Part shown: one piece after another, positions 43,096 through 53,844 of the stretch | Position numbering within the stretch: the stretch's first letter is position 1 | How the letters are laid out: every line of letters begins with the position of its first letter | From: a virus | Taxonomy: Duplodnaviria > Caudoviricetes | Strand: one strand, 5' to 3' | DNA: 53,846 nucleotides | IMG/VR virus record: IMGVR_UViG_3300025112_000016 | Coordinates: 1 to 53,846 of that record | Notes under the pieces: generated by a model | The model's input: the letters and a program-made list of their open reading frames with translations, nothing else | What the model was told of the DNA's origin: nothing | The model's database searches: none | Translations under genes and position numbers: made by a program

Positions 43096-44067
43096 ATGCA
43101 CTATTTAGAATTAGAAAAAGAATTTGCTAAATTTGTTGGAACCAAGGGATGTGTTACTGTTAATACAGGAACTGCAGCTCTTCATACTGCGCTGGAAGCA
43201 CTTAATTTACCACCTGATAGTAAGATATTAGTACCAGATTTTACTATGTATGCAACAGCTTTAGCTGTTTATTATGCTCGTCTACATCCTGTTTTCGTAG
43301 ATTGTGATGCTGATTTATTAATAGATTTAGATAAAGCAGAAAGCTTAATTGATGAAAGAACAAGGGTTCTAATGGTCACTCATATTTATGGAAGAATAGT
43401 TGATATGGATAGAGTAATGCAACTTGCCAAAAAATATAATTTAAGGGTTATAGAAGATGCGTGTGAAGCACACGGTGCTACGTGGAATGGTAAGCCTGTA
43501 GGGTCTTTTGATATAGGATGCTTTTCATTCTATAGAAATAAGATTGTTCACGGGGAAGAAGGGGGAGCTATCACTTCGGATGACACAGACCTTTTGAAAA
43601 TAGCTGCTGATATGAAATCTATGTCATTTGGGGAATCCCATAATTTTTTTCATTCACAGATAGGTTTTAATTATAGAATGACAAATTCACAGGCTGCGAT
43701 GATTTTAGATTCCCTCCACGAAGTGCGGGATAACTTAAAAAAACGCCAAGAAATAACAAGTAAATTCAATTCATTGTTTAATAAGAAATTTCAAATGCCT
43801 GATAATCGAGATGTAGTTTGGGTCTATGACCTTTACCATCCCCGTGCTGATACTGTAATTAAAAGACTTAAAGATGTTGGTATTATCGCTCGACATTCTT
43901 TTAAACCAATGTCATCAATGCCACTGTTCTCGTATCATAAAGTAAATGAAAATGCTTATCTAAAATCAAACGAAGTTTTTTATTTGGACATCGATGTCTC
44001 GTGGGATGACAAAACAATAACACAAATCTATGAAACAACAGCTACGATAATGGAGGAAGAATTGTGA
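43096..44067 (+). CDS. DegT/DnrJ/perosamine-synthase-type PLP aminotransferase
   Basis: GTAALH, IEDACEAHG, SFYRNK and GEEGG, GFNYRM. Confidence 0.93.
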   Translation: MHYLELEKEFAKFVGTKGCVTVNTGTAALHTALEALNLPPDSKILVPDFTMYATALAVYYARLHPVFVDCDADLLIDLDKAESLIDERTRVLMVTHIYGRIVDMDRVMQLAKKYNLRVIEDACEAHGATWNGKPVGSFDIGCFSFYRNKIVHGEEGGAITSDDTDLLKIAADMKSMSFGESHNFFHSQIGFNYRMTNSQAAMILDSLHEVRDNLKKRQEITSKFNSLFNKKFQMPDNRDVVWVYDLYHPRADTVIKRLKDVGIIARHSFKPMSSMPLFSYHKVNENAYLKSNEVFYLDIDVSWDDKTITQIYETTATIMEEEL

Positions 44068-45029
44068 ATATAATTGAATATGCACGAAGCAATAGACCCT
44101 TTATGTGGTCTTACGAAGAATATTTATATTCCCGACTGGAACCAGTAGGTAATCCTTTCGTTAATAACTGTGAAGAATACTTGGGACGCAACACTTCTTA
44201 CTTTGTTTTTGAAGAAAAAGGTTCTAACTACGCAGTGATGTTAGAGGCATCTGATGGTGCAGGATTTAGAAAGGGATGCCACTGTGTAAAGAAGGAGGTA
44301 TGGCAAGAAATCTTAGATAGAAACGATGTCAAAGATTTTATAGTATTTAAAATGCAATGGGGTAAAGAAGATATTTTTAATCGATACTTTGCATTCCCAG
44401 ATAAAACCCATCCCCTTGGTTATTTTACTGACTATCCTATGCAAACATATCAATATAATGAACGCAACAAATATAATGCACTGTTAAAAAAGAAGGATAT
44501 TGATTTCTTCTGGGCAGGTACTGTAAATTATACTTTAGCAAAAGACAAGTGGCCTGAAGATATAGATATAAATTATTGGGCTAGTCGGTCACGCGTAGAA
44601 GGATACAAAGCACTAAAGAGGGTCGAGGAAAAACATCCAGAATGGAACATTGTTATCTCTGATAAACCTGCTTTTCCTAAACTAGAATACTTAGATTTAG
44701 TAATGCGTTCTAAAATCTGTTTAGAATTACCCGGCATAGGATGGTTCACGACACGATTCTTTGAAAACCTGATGTTAGGTAAATGTATAATGGGTAGAAG
44801 ATTACCCCATCGTTTACCATACGAATTAAAGGAAGATGTACATTACCTTTCGATAGGGGATGACTACGAAAATCTAGAAGAATGTATGAAAAAATACATA
44901 AATGATGGTGCCAAGATACTAGAGATAGAAAAGAATGTTAAAGATTTACAAGGATATTTAACTCACGAATATGCATATGATAAGATGACCGAACTTATAT
45001 ATAATATGGTGGTATCCTACAATTTATGA
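44064..45029 (+). CDS. Probable glycosyltransferase (exostosin-like C-terminus)
   Basis: DFFWAG, SKICLELPGIGWFTTRFFE and VHY. Confidence 0.65.
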   Translation: MNIIEYARSNRPFMWSYEEYLYSRLEPVGNPFVNNCEEYLGRNTSYFVFEEKGSNYAVMLEASDGAGFRKGCHCVKKEVWQEILDRNDVKDFIVFKMQWGKEDIFNRYFAFPDKTHPLGYFTDYPMQTYQYNERNKYNALLKKKDIDFFWAGTVNYTLAKDKWPEDIDINYWASRSRVEGYKALKRVEEKHPEWNIVISDKPAFPKLEYLDLVMRSKICLELPGIGWFTTRFFENLMLGKCIMGRRLPHRLPYELKEDVHYLSIGDDYENLEECMKKYINDGAKILEIEKNVKDLQGYLTHEYAYDKMTELIYNMVVSYNL

Positions 45030-45766
45030 AACTCTATCCACACGAAAAGATTGGAATACTGGGATACGGAGAAGTAGGACGGGCAGTTGCTCAATTCTAT
45101 GAAGAACCATTAATAAAAGATATAACACGAGAGGATGGATTATTTAACTTGGACGTCCTCAATGTTTGCATTCCTTTTGAAGATAAAGAAGGTTTTTGTA
45201 AGATAGTTATTGATGAAATAAAACAGAGTAAGGCATCTCTTACTATTATCCATTCGACGGTTTCGCCCGGTACAACCCGCTATATAAAGGAAAACATTCC
45301 CGAGGAATATGAAGTAGCCCATTCTCCAGTACGAGGCATTCATCCTTTCTTATACGAAGGGCTGAAAACATTTGTGAAATATGTCTCTTCACCTACCAAC
45401 AGGGGATTGGCTCACGCAATTGTTCATCTTCAATGTATTGGTTATAATGTTAAGCATATGGATAAACCTGAAACCTCTGAATTAGCCAAGTTATTAAGCA
45501 CTACCTATTATGGTATGTGTATTGCGTGGACTGGCGAAATGAAAAAGTTTTGTGATGAAGTAGGAGTTGATTTTAATGAAGCGGTAAGAATGTGGAATGA
45601 AACATACAATGAAGGATACACAGAATTAGGCCATCCTAATTTTGCAAGACCAATTCTATATTCTCCTGATGGACCCATTGGAGGTCACTGTGTAACATCT
45701 AATGCTAGGTTATTAGAAAAAATCAAAGACAGTACAGCGTTGGAATTGATTAAAGAATATTCCTAA
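45026..45766 (+). CDS. UDP-glucose/GDP-mannose dehydrogenase family, lacking the C-terminal domain
   Basis: GYGEVG, CIP, HSTVSPGT, SELAK and GGHC. Only 246 aa. Confidence 0.82.
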   Translation: MKLYPHEKIGILGYGEVGRAVAQFYEEPLIKDITREDGLFNLDVLNVCIPFEDKEGFCKIVIDEIKQSKASLTIIHSTVSPGTTRYIKENIPEEYEVAHSPVRGIHPFLYEGLKTFVKYVSSPTNRGLAHAIVHLQCIGYNVKHMDKPETSELAKLLSTTYYGMCIAWTGEMKKFCDEVGVDFNEAVRMWNETYNEGYTELGHPNFARPILYSPDGPIGGHCVTSNARLLEKIKDSTALELIKEYS

Positions 45767-45767
45767 C

Positions 45768-45783
45768 ATTACCTTTAAGTAGA
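45768..45783 (+). promoter_or_regulatory. TATA promoter, leaderless nrdJ
   Basis: ATTACCTTTAAGTAG about 21 nt before ATG 45803. Confidence 0.65.
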
Positions 45784-45802
45784 AAGACACCTATAGATTT
45801 TT

Positions 45803-47671
45803 ATGTTCAAAAATACAGTCGCAGAATTCATTTATAAGAGGACTTACTCTCGCTGGATGGAAGAAAAGGGACGGCGTGAAGAATGGCCCGAAACCATAGA
45901 ACGATATATCACTTTTTTAAATTCAAAAATTGACGATATTCCTCCCAAGACTCTTCGAAAAATCAGACAGTATATGTTAGAATTTGCCGTGATGCCGTCG
46001 ATGAGGATGCTGTGGGCAGCTGGTGACGCAGCGGAAAAGGATAACACTTGTATCTACAATTGTTCATTCGCAAAAATCAATTGTATTGAAGCCTTTGCAG
46101 AGTGTCTTCACATCCTGATGTGTGGGACGGGTTTCGGTTTCTCAGTTACCCAAGAAGATGTGGACCAACTTCCCGAAGTACCGGAAGGTATACAATCAGG
46201 ACAGAACAAACCTAAAATTATTATTGATGATTCGCGAGAAGGATGGGCAGATTCAGTTAAGATTTTACTCACCCAACTATATGATAGACAGAATATTTAT
46301 TTTGATTATTCTGAACTTCGACCCGAGGGGGCACGATTGTCCACGATGGGAGGACGGTCATCAGGACCGCAACCACTTATCAAATTGCACGATTTCGTCA
46401 GGGAAACCCTTCATAACGCGCAAGGACGACAACTCACTACCGTAGAGGTTCACGATATCATTACTCAGATTGCAGAAATTGTGGTCTCGGGAGGAGTGCG
46501 TCGCAGCAGTGAAATCTCCTTATCTGATTTAGATGATGAAGAGATGCGTCACGCAAAGGACTGGCCTTTCCCTATTCGCAGGGCAATGGCAAATAATTCT
46601 GCTATTTATCTTCAACGGCCCGCTGCTCCTGATTTCTTAAAAGAATGGGGCGCCTTAGCAAAATCGGGCACCGGAGAACGGGGTCTCTTTAATTTAGAAG
46701 CTGCTCGAGCACGTGCTCCTGCTCGTAGATATGCACCGCTTATTGCTGGCACCAACCCTTGTGGTGAAATAATGTTACGTGATATGGAATTCTGTAACCT
46801 CTCAGAGGTAGTTGTAAGGGAAGATGATAACCTAGATACACTTCTTGATAAAGTAGAAACAGCTACTTGGATGGGTGTTTTGCAGTCCACTTTCGTAACC
46901 TTTCCTTATCTCCGGTCCAAATGGGCTAAAAATTGTGCCATAGAACGTCTTTTAGGGGTCAGTCTTACAGGTCAGATGGATAACCCCTCCTTGATGCACT
47001 CGGAGTGTTTAAAGGCCCTTAAAATGCGAGCAATACGCATTGCTCGTAAAGGTGCTACCCAGCTTGGCATAAACGTACCCGTAGCAGTTACCTGTGTTAA
47101 GCCTAGTGGTACTGTTTCTCAGCTAGTGGATTCTGCTAGCGGATGTCATCCTAGATATGCTAAGCATTATATACGGAGGTATCGAATCGCAGCCAGTGAC
47201 CCATTATTTAGGATGTTAAAAGATGTGGGTGTGCCGTGTAATCCTGAAAATGAACAGACTGCTAAGACAGCAACCACGTGGGTGTTCGAATTTCCAGTTC
47301 AATCACCCGAAGGGTGTATCACACGCAAAGATATTTCTGCACTAGAACAACTCAAACACTATAAAAATCTTCAGATAAACTGGTGTGAACATAATGCAAG
47401 TATGACAGTATATGTCAAAGACGAAGAATGGTTCGAGGTAGGGAACTGGGTCTATAAGAACTGGGATATCATCAATGGAGTATCTTTCCTACCCTTCGAT
47501 GGGGGACACTACGAATTGGCACCTTATGAGGAAATTGACCATTATACTTACGAAACCCTTATAAAGAAATTCCCCGATATTGATTATAGCAAGCTTTCCG
47601 AGTATGAGCTTCAGGACGAAACTGACGGTTCTCGGGAATATGCTTGCACATCGGACAAGTGTGATATTTAA
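45803..47671 (+). CDS. nrdJ: Class II (B12-dependent) ribonucleotide reductase
   Basis: RTYSR, YNCS, GGVRRS, TNPCGEI, FCNLSE, TCVKPSGT and C-terminal ACTSDKCDI. Confidence 0.95.
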   Translation: MFKNTVAEFIYKRTYSRWMEEKGRREEWPETIERYITFLNSKIDDIPPKTLRKIRQYMLEFAVMPSMRMLWAAGDAAEKDNTCIYNCSFAKINCIEAFAECLHILMCGTGFGFSVTQEDVDQLPEVPEGIQSGQNKPKIIIDDSREGWADSVKILLTQLYDRQNIYFDYSELRPEGARLSTMGGRSSGPQPLIKLHDFVRETLHNAQGRQLTTVEVHDIITQIAEIVVSGGVRRSSEISLSDLDDEEMRHAKDWPFPIRRAMANNSAIYLQRPAAPDFLKEWGALAKSGTGERGLFNLEAARARAPARRYAPLIAGTNPCGEIMLRDMEFCNLSEVVVREDDNLDTLLDKVETATWMGVLQSTFVTFPYLRSKWAKNCAIERLLGVSLTGQMDNPSLMHSECLKALKMRAIRIARKGATQLGINVPVAVTCVKPSGTVSQLVDSASGCHPRYAKHYIRRYRIAASDPLFRMLKDVGVPCNPENEQTAKTATTWVFEFPVQSPEGCITRKDISALEQLKHYKNLQINWCEHNASMTVYVKDEEWFEVGNWVYKNWDIINGVSFLPFDGGHYELAPYEEIDHYTYETLIKKFPDIDYSKLSEYELQDETDGSREYACTSDKCDI

Positions 47672-47956
47672 ATGGAAGAAGACGTAACTGGACAGCCTCG
47701 TAAAATGGGAAGATATGGTAATACCAATGGATGGCAAATGGATGCTCCCACCGCATTTACCTCAGTAGAAATAGATACTAGATATCTTGAAATAACAGGA
47801 CGTGAAAGATTTAAGTATGGTAGTTACACTCCCGGCGCTGGAGTTGTTTATAGAACACTTGTTCCTAACAACAGCGAATGTCAAGGAGCAGGACCTGGTG
47901 TAAGTCCCGGTCGTAAGATAGGGTCTTCTGATGCAGATTATCTAGCATCAACTTAA
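47672..47956 (+). CDS. Hypothetical protein
   Basis: Abuts nrdJ. Its stop overlaps the convergent tail gene stop. Confidence 0.55.
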   Translation: MEEDVTGQPRKMGRYGNTNGWQMDAPTAFTSVEIDTRYLEITGRERFKYGSYTPGAGVVYRTLVPNNSECQGAGPGVSPGRKIGSSDADYLAST

Positions 47957-48990
47957 CTTGTTGTTCTAAAAAATTCAGATAAGAGAGGTGGCCTCTTGTT
48001 TATATATAATCTTAATCTAAATGAATTAGGTCCAAAAGAGATTGTTTTGCCTACTACTCTGAAATTACCATTGATTCCTGTTTCATCATCAGTAATAAAA
48101 ATTACATCATTTTCTTTTAGATAAACCCCTTCGAATGTATTTAATGTATATTCATACTTAGCCAATGTATTAGCTCTAAAAATTTTCTGAGCAAAATTAA
48201 AACACTCTGCTTTACTTTTTAATTTTTTATTAGTAACTTCTAAGAAATGGTCTCCATAAGCTGTAACAGCTGAATTGTGAGTAAAAGTGGCGCTACTATT
48301 TTTACCTTGTACTATTATGGTAGTAGGAAGATGTTTCTCTTTGGCTCCAAAAGATATCATATTTTTATCATAACTATAAAATTTAACTGGAGTGGCAGTT
48401 TCAATATCTGCCTCTGTTTCTAATCTTAATTGAGCCTTGGTTCCATCATCTCTTACTATTATAACATTTTGCAAAGGTAACTCTTCATTTGATAAGTTAA
48501 CTGCTTCCGTTATGTAAGATAATATTTCTTCTAATATAACTACTATCCCCCGTGGATTATCATTCATTATAACAGGAGAGGTATCTCCTATGAAATCTGT
48601 CCCTACCACATCTTGAAGATTAGCCATTTTAATCAGCTTAACGATAGAAGCGCCTGCTGATAAACCATCTATATTATTGTAATGGTCTAATACAACTCTT
48701 GCTCTTTGATTTCCTGTTAACAATCCCAAAGCATCTAAGGCTCTTATCTTAATACTATTATTATTATTAATAACATTATTAATAACACGTCCTCTAAAAA
48801 TAGGTAATCCATCCCCTTCTTGAAAAAATACAGTCACTTCTTTATTCCAGTATTTTCTATAATTGCTATCTCCCAAAGGAATTATAAAATTTAATTCTGC
48901 AGCAGTGTTTCCTCCCCGCTCCTTAAGGGATGCCTGTGTAAATTCTACAGATTTACCATCAAGAAATATCTCACTCGAAGCCTTTGTCAT
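47953..48990 (-). CDS. Tail hub/baseplate-like protein
   Basis: FRGRV...IRALDALGLL, TTIIVQG, YGDH and a C-terminal beta pattern of hub proteins. Last gene of the tail operon. Confidence 0.6.
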   Translation of the reverse strand: MTKASSEIFLDGKSVEFTQASLKERGGNTAAELNFIIPLGDSNYRKYWNKEVTVFFQEGDGLPIFRGRVINNVINNNNSIKIRALDALGLLTGNQRARVVLDHYNNIDGLSAGASIVKLIKMANLQDVVGTDFIGDTSPVIMNDNPRGIVVILEEILSYITEAVNLSNEELPLQNVIIVRDDGTKAQLRLETEADIETATPVKFYSYDKNMISFGAKEKHLPTTIIVQGKNSSATFTHNSAVTAYGDHFLEVTNKKLKSKAECFNFAQKIFRANTLAKYEYTLNTFEGVYLKENDVIFITDDETGINGNFRVVGKTISFGPNSFRLRLYINKRPPLLSEFFRTTS

Positions 48991-51868
48991 TAGCTGAACC
49001 CCCTAATGGTTCTATATCCGACATCAATATTCCGTTTCCATCAATCAAACAGATTTCTTCAACTATCATTGTAAACGAAAAGGGTTTGCTGGCTCTCTTC
49101 CCGCCAAGCTGGTGAGTCTCCATTACACCATTAATGTATCCAAAGAACCTGACATACGTGCCATCTTTCTGTTGCTCATCCCACATTACTCTTATACTTT
49201 CAGCTTCTATACGTTTGAGTAAACGTAATGTATCATATGTAGTATAATCTGCACTAAACCGTGTAAAATTTGATTCATCTCCCAATGCATTTCCTCCAAA
49301 ACTAATACTTTGAATAGGAGTTCCAGTTCGTCTAATAAAAACTTTACCGCCCTTACTTATAGTCTGGTAATAGGTACCCGCATATGATACACTTACATCA
49401 CTCGTAAGAGCTATATATGATAAATCATAAGCAGTGTTATCTTCTTGAATTACAACTTGAGAAGACGTATTGTTAAAAGGTAAAGCATCCCATAATTCTG
49501 TACCGGGCTGACTACCAGCGGCACTGTACGCTGCACCATCCGAGAAGTGATTGCCCATTAAGACTATCTTTAAAGGATAGACATCTATAAAATTATTTGC
49601 CATCTCGTTCAACATCGTACTAGAAGAAAATACATAACTAAAAGGATAAACAGTGGCATTAGCATTTGGGACATTCCCAGCATACCCTGCCAAACGAGTT
49701 GCCTTGGGAGCCCCATCAAAGACATCATAGATATTTACCACACGCATTGTTCCATTCATTGCCGTGCTTCCTGAGGTCGCAACCACGGGATTTAATGTTC
49801 CTGATACCAAATATAAACGGTCAGAGACAGTATTACTAGAAGCTACCCAGAATACTTTATCATCTGCTGGAGCTCCGTCAAATTCAAAAACGTGTTGGTA
49901 TTTACCTATTTGTTCATCCGTATATGCACTTAGGTTAGAAGTACTAATAATATATTCACCAAACGGAGCCTTACTTTGCCACCCAAAGGAAGTTCCGGTA
50001 ATTGGTTTACTATAAATATCCACTCCGGCACCGGCTCCCGGAATTGCATTACCAGGAGTTATTCCTCCTGTTAAACCAGATGCAGAAATCTGAGCCCAGT
50101 CATTGGGCATTTCAAATTCAATAAAACCAGGTTTAGTTAAAGTATCTTCATAGGTTATATATTTACTATTAGAAGTATCTTTCAACTGTCGAGAGACCTT
50201 GGTTGTATCCTTGAAATTAACAGGAACCCATTCAGCACGCTGAGTAAATTTATCATCAAAAACCTTATCATATATTTTCAAATAATAAACTCCTGCTATT
50301 TTATTGCCTGATGTACTTGTAGTTAAATTGGACATCAATTCCTTTGCATAGGGAGTAGTATTGAAAAATATCTTATTGGTTTTCACATCGTTAGCCAAAA
50401 TCAAATATTCAGAAGTATTTCGAGGATTATTTTCTGGGTCCAGAAACGACATCGTATTCCAACCACTAACATTGATAGGATAGTTGGGAGTATTATAATA
50501 TGCCCCGCTTGTATAAACACCTGTCTGGTTTGTCGCCTGCATATCTAAAAACCAATCATTAGCTAAATCGGTATCTATAACAGGAGTAATGCGATAAACT
50601 GCCTTGAATGTATCCAACGTACTCGTGTCAGGAGCTGTCGTAGCACACGTTAGCCTAGAAAGATGATACTGTTCATAAAATTGATTAAAATCATTAAGAG
50701 GAAACTGGTCTCGGATAAAAGCGTAAGTATCAGAACCAGTTGGGTTATATAATCGTGCCGTCCCTGTAGCAAATCCTACACTACCACTTCCTCCCGTTCC
50801 TATCGTAAGATGTCCCTTCAATCCTTGAGGTCTAGTATAATATGTATATCCCACGTCCTTTAACGTATCAGAAGTCTTGGTGGTATCAGTTAAATCAGTA
50901 CTTGACGTAGCTTGCCATTGTTTAATTGGATTCCAGAACACCTTTCCATTATCAAATTTATATGTAGATAAAGAAGTATTTGATGCCTTGGCGCGGCTTT
51001 GGGAAAAATCAAGTGTAACTGTCCTATCGCTTGCCTTTTTAATAGGGTCTCCACTTGAAACATAGGTAATGGGGTACCAATAATCGTCATCTCCCTTTGC
51101 TATCAGAAATACCTTAAGTCTATTAAAATCATTTCGAGCAATATTGCTATCGCTTTCTATCCATTTGGGGGTGATAAGCTTGATTTCCAAAATCTCTATC
51201 TGTCTTGGTAGTTGAGCAGTAGTAGCAGTTACCAAAGCTGTATTATTATCAGCAGATTCCAATGTCACATCTTGAATTACTTCTTTCACAATTCGTTCAT
51301 AACCTATGGCGGAAGTATCACTACCAGCTACCGTGGTATAAGTGGGAACAGCATCAACATACTGAACTTTAATTTGAAGTGTTTTGGATACTATAAGGGA
51401 GGAAGAAGATATTAAAGGAGGAATAAAGATGAATGTTTGCTTCGGACCTTCTGCGAAAATACTGTTATCTATACCACTCTTTACCACTTTGTTCTCTATT
51501 TTAAGGGTAGAAAGAGGATTTCCATCACTAATGGTTATACCTGTAATCCCTGTAACTTGCTCTTGTGGCTCTGGTATAGTACTGGGGGATTTACTATTAT
51601 CATAAAAATATTTAGACAAAAATCCTGTGCTATTTATGGTGCGTATCACAGGATAGAAAGTCCCTGTTTTAGTATATGTATGAGTTAATGCAATACTATT
51701 GGAATCAGTTTCTAATTCCTTCCATTGGTATATGGCATTTTCAAGACTGTTATCTTCACCGTCGTCCCAATCTACATAGACCCATTTCACATCATTATCA
51801 TTAAAAGTCATAGTCCCTGTAACTTCGGTATAGACTTCTGCACTAGCTGGACTCCAAGTTAAGCTCAT
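48971..51868 (-). CDS. Large tail protein with an N-terminal PKD/Ig domain and a distal-tail-like C-terminus
   Basis: VDWDDG...THTYTKTGTFYP. Start MSLTWSP overlaps the upstream stop. Confidence 0.65.
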   Translation of the reverse strand: MSLTWSPASAEVYTEVTGTMTFNDNDVKWVYVDWDDGEDNSLENAIYQWKELETDSNSIALTHTYTKTGTFYPVIRTINSTGFLSKYFYDNSKSPSTIPEPQEQVTGITGITISDGNPLSTLKIENKVVKSGIDNSIFAEGPKQTFIFIPPLISSSSLIVSKTLQIKVQYVDAVPTYTTVAGSDTSAIGYERIVKEVIQDVTLESADNNTALVTATTAQLPRQIEILEIKLITPKWIESDSNIARNDFNRLKVFLIAKGDDDYWYPITYVSSGDPIKKASDRTVTLDFSQSRAKASNTSLSTYKFDNGKVFWNPIKQWQATSSTDLTDTTKTSDTLKDVGYTYYTRPQGLKGHLTIGTGGSGSVGFATGTARLYNPTGSDTYAFIRDQFPLNDFNQFYEQYHLSRLTCATTAPDTSTLDTFKAVYRITPVIDTDLANDWFLDMQATNQTGVYTSGAYYNTPNYPINVSGWNTMSFLDPENNPRNTSEYLILANDVKTNKIFFNTTPYAKELMSNLTTSTSGNKIAGVYYLKIYDKVFDDKFTQRAEWVPVNFKDTTKVSRQLKDTSNSKYITYEDTLTKPGFIEFEMPNDWAQISASGLTGGITPGNAIPGAGAGVDIYSKPITGTSFGWQSKAPFGEYIISTSNLSAYTDEQIGKYQHVFEFDGAPADDKVFWVASSNTVSDRLYLVSGTLNPVVATSGSTAMNGTMRVVNIYDVFDGAPKATRLAGYAGNVPNANATVYPFSYVFSSSTMLNEMANNFIDVYPLKIVLMGNHFSDGAAYSAAGSQPGTELWDALPFNNTSSQVVIQEDNTAYDLSYIALTSDVSVSYAGTYYQTISKGGKVFIRRTGTPIQSISFGGNALGDESNFTRFSADYTTYDTLRLLKRIEAESIRVMWDEQQKDGTYVRFFGYINGVMETHQLGGKRASKPFSFTMIVEEICLIDGNGILMSDIEPLGGSANDKGFE

Positions 51869-53844
51869 ACTCCTGTCACCTTCCACGCAGTTAGATTACT
51901 TTCTGCCACTTGAGTAGGAGATGCTCCTCTTATGTTATGATAATCAAAGAGGAACATCTTTGCATTATAGAAATTAGATGCACTCCCTGACAAATCTGCC
52001 AATTGTTTAGTAGGCAATTGATAAATTAAAGTATTTGATGGAACATAAGCACATCGGGTATGAAAAGTAATTTCTTCAATGAACCCCGAATATGCAGCTC
52101 CACTAGCTGGTCCCTCCGCTCCTATCCAAAGTTGTCCACTTGTAGTAAAATTTGTGGTATAATCTGCCGTATCTTCTAGTTTTCCATTTACAAATAACTT
52201 CAGATTATTGTTATCTAATGATTTATCATAGGTGACTACCACAGCAAGAGGCTGATTACCATCACATTCATAGGCCGTGGTGCTTGTTAGCTGAGTGCTT
52301 CCTGCTAGACCCACCAAAATTCTATTGGAAGCATTCAGTGTTATTTTAAATGCATCGACACCACCACCCCCCGTTCCCGAAAGATGGATAGGAACCTGCC
52401 GAACAGCTCCTGTAGTAGGCTTTAAATGACACGTAAATGTAAATTGTGTTGCTGCACCTTTTGGATATACTTCAAGATTATCAGCTCTCATAACGTTACC
52501 ATCGAATTTAGAGCCATATCCTTGGAATCCCTCAATATCTGCAAAATTACTTCCCTGTATACCGCGCTTGTTAGTATTAGTTATAAAATTAGCAGGTGTC
52601 TCATAAAAATAAGCACTTCCTCCCGAAGTAGTGCCACCATCTGCAGGAGGATTATTCATAGGTGCAATAAAATTAGCTGTATGATATTTGTTTTCGATTA
52701 AGTCTGTATCTACCCACAACATTCTATACCACGGTTTTTCATCAGCTTCCTCTTCCCACGTGAAAATGACATTGGCGGCTGTACTATTGGCATCCTCATT
52801 AATATCAGTACTGTTAAGTAAATCTACCGAGGGAGATACCATTAGATTAGATACAACAGGAAGAGTAGTTTCAATCCCATATACCATATCTAACTTGCGC
52901 TCAAATCCCAGACCACCAGTACTATCATCATCCGTACGGAATGATATATCTATAGTTTCATCACTTGTCGCCAATTCATCATAAGTAGACATAAAAAGGA
53001 ACGGGAAACGAGACCCGTACTTAACTCCCTTTCCCTGCGCTCTCACATATTTACTGAAATCTAGATAATTATGAAATGTAGTAATATAATCATCAGCAAA
53101 GAATCCTGCAGCTGGAGCCACTTCGCTAGATTGACCATATCCATAGTTATTACCCAATTCAAGCATTGTGGGTATCTCTGACTTGGCTGTTCTCTCCCAA
53201 CTCCAAGTATTGATATTTGCGCCGTCATTATATAGATATTCGTTATAAGTAGAACCAGCAGTTCCAGTTCCCGCTGTTCTTACGGATGCTGAATAGGTCT
53301 TTATAGGATTATTCAGTATCATACTACCCGATAGGTCATAATCTATACCTGTATAATTAGCCGCCCACCTTCCCCACTGTCCAGCAGTAGTGACGACTCC
53401 TGTTTGATTATCCTGCTGAGCATTCATCATATGAAGCCAAATCCAGTACTTCTTAGGACTGATAACTATCTTAGTAGCATAATTATTACTTCCAGAGATG
53501 CTAAATACTCCTAAAGGATTATCATACAAATCAGTTAATATAGAACGGTTGAACTTAATAATATTACCTCGGGGAGCTTCTGTCATATAAAGCTCAGTTG
53601 CATCAGTGTATCCCTTTCCAAATTTATTCTTCTTCAAATCATTATAACTCTGTCCAGGTATAAGTACTACAAATCGAGTACCAGAAGCTGTCCCGTAAGG
53701 AACATCAAAAATCTCGGGTTTATCTACTTCCACAGTAGTCCCGTCTTCGCTGATTCTTATAGTATGTGCTTTGACAAAGGGATTCTCGCGGGAAACCCAC
53801 GGATTACCCCCTGCAGAAGGCCACGCTGTTCCACTTGTGACCTT
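51865..53844 (-). CDS. Tail/adhesion protein with a C-terminal LamG (ConA-like) domain (5' end off window)
   Basis: VVVTYD...LKLFVNGKL...LWIG...YSGFIEE. The frame stays open to the window edge. Confidence 0.75.
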   Translation of the reverse strand, partial: KVTSGTAWPSAGGNPWVSRENPFVKAHTIRISEDGTTVEVDKPEIFDVPYGTASGTRFVVLIPGQSYNDLKKNKFGKGYTDATELYMTEAPRGNIIKFNRSILTDLYDNPLGVFSISGSNNYATKIVISPKKYWIWLHMMNAQQDNQTGVVTTAGQWGRWAANYTGIDYDLSGSMILNNPIKTYSASVRTAGTGTAGSTYNEYLYNDGANINTWSWERTAKSEIPTMLELGNNYGYGQSSEVAPAAGFFADDYITTFHNYLDFSKYVRAQGKGVKYGSRFPFLFMSTYDELATSDETIDISFRTDDDSTGGLGFERKLDMVYGIETTLPVVSNLMVSPSVDLLNSTDINEDANSTAANVIFTWEEEADEKPWYRMLWVDTDLIENKYHTANFIAPMNNPPADGGTTSGGSAYFYETPANFITNTNKRGIQGSNFADIEGFQGYGSKFDGNVMRADNLEVYPKGAATQFTFTCHLKPTTGAVRQVPIHLSGTGGGGVDAFKITLNASNRILVGLAGSTQLTSTTAYECDGNQPLAVVVTYDKSLDNNNLKLFVNGKLEDTADYTTNFTTSGQLWIGAEGPASGAAYSGFIEEITFHTRCAYVPSNTLIYQLPTKQLADLSGSASNFYNAKMFLFDYHNIRGASPTQVAESNLTAWKVTGV

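Noticed and set aside
29600-47671. Inteins or introns in polB, the helicase-like gene or nrdJ
   Set aside because: The ORFs are compact and continuous, with no splice-junction or homing-endonuclease motifs.
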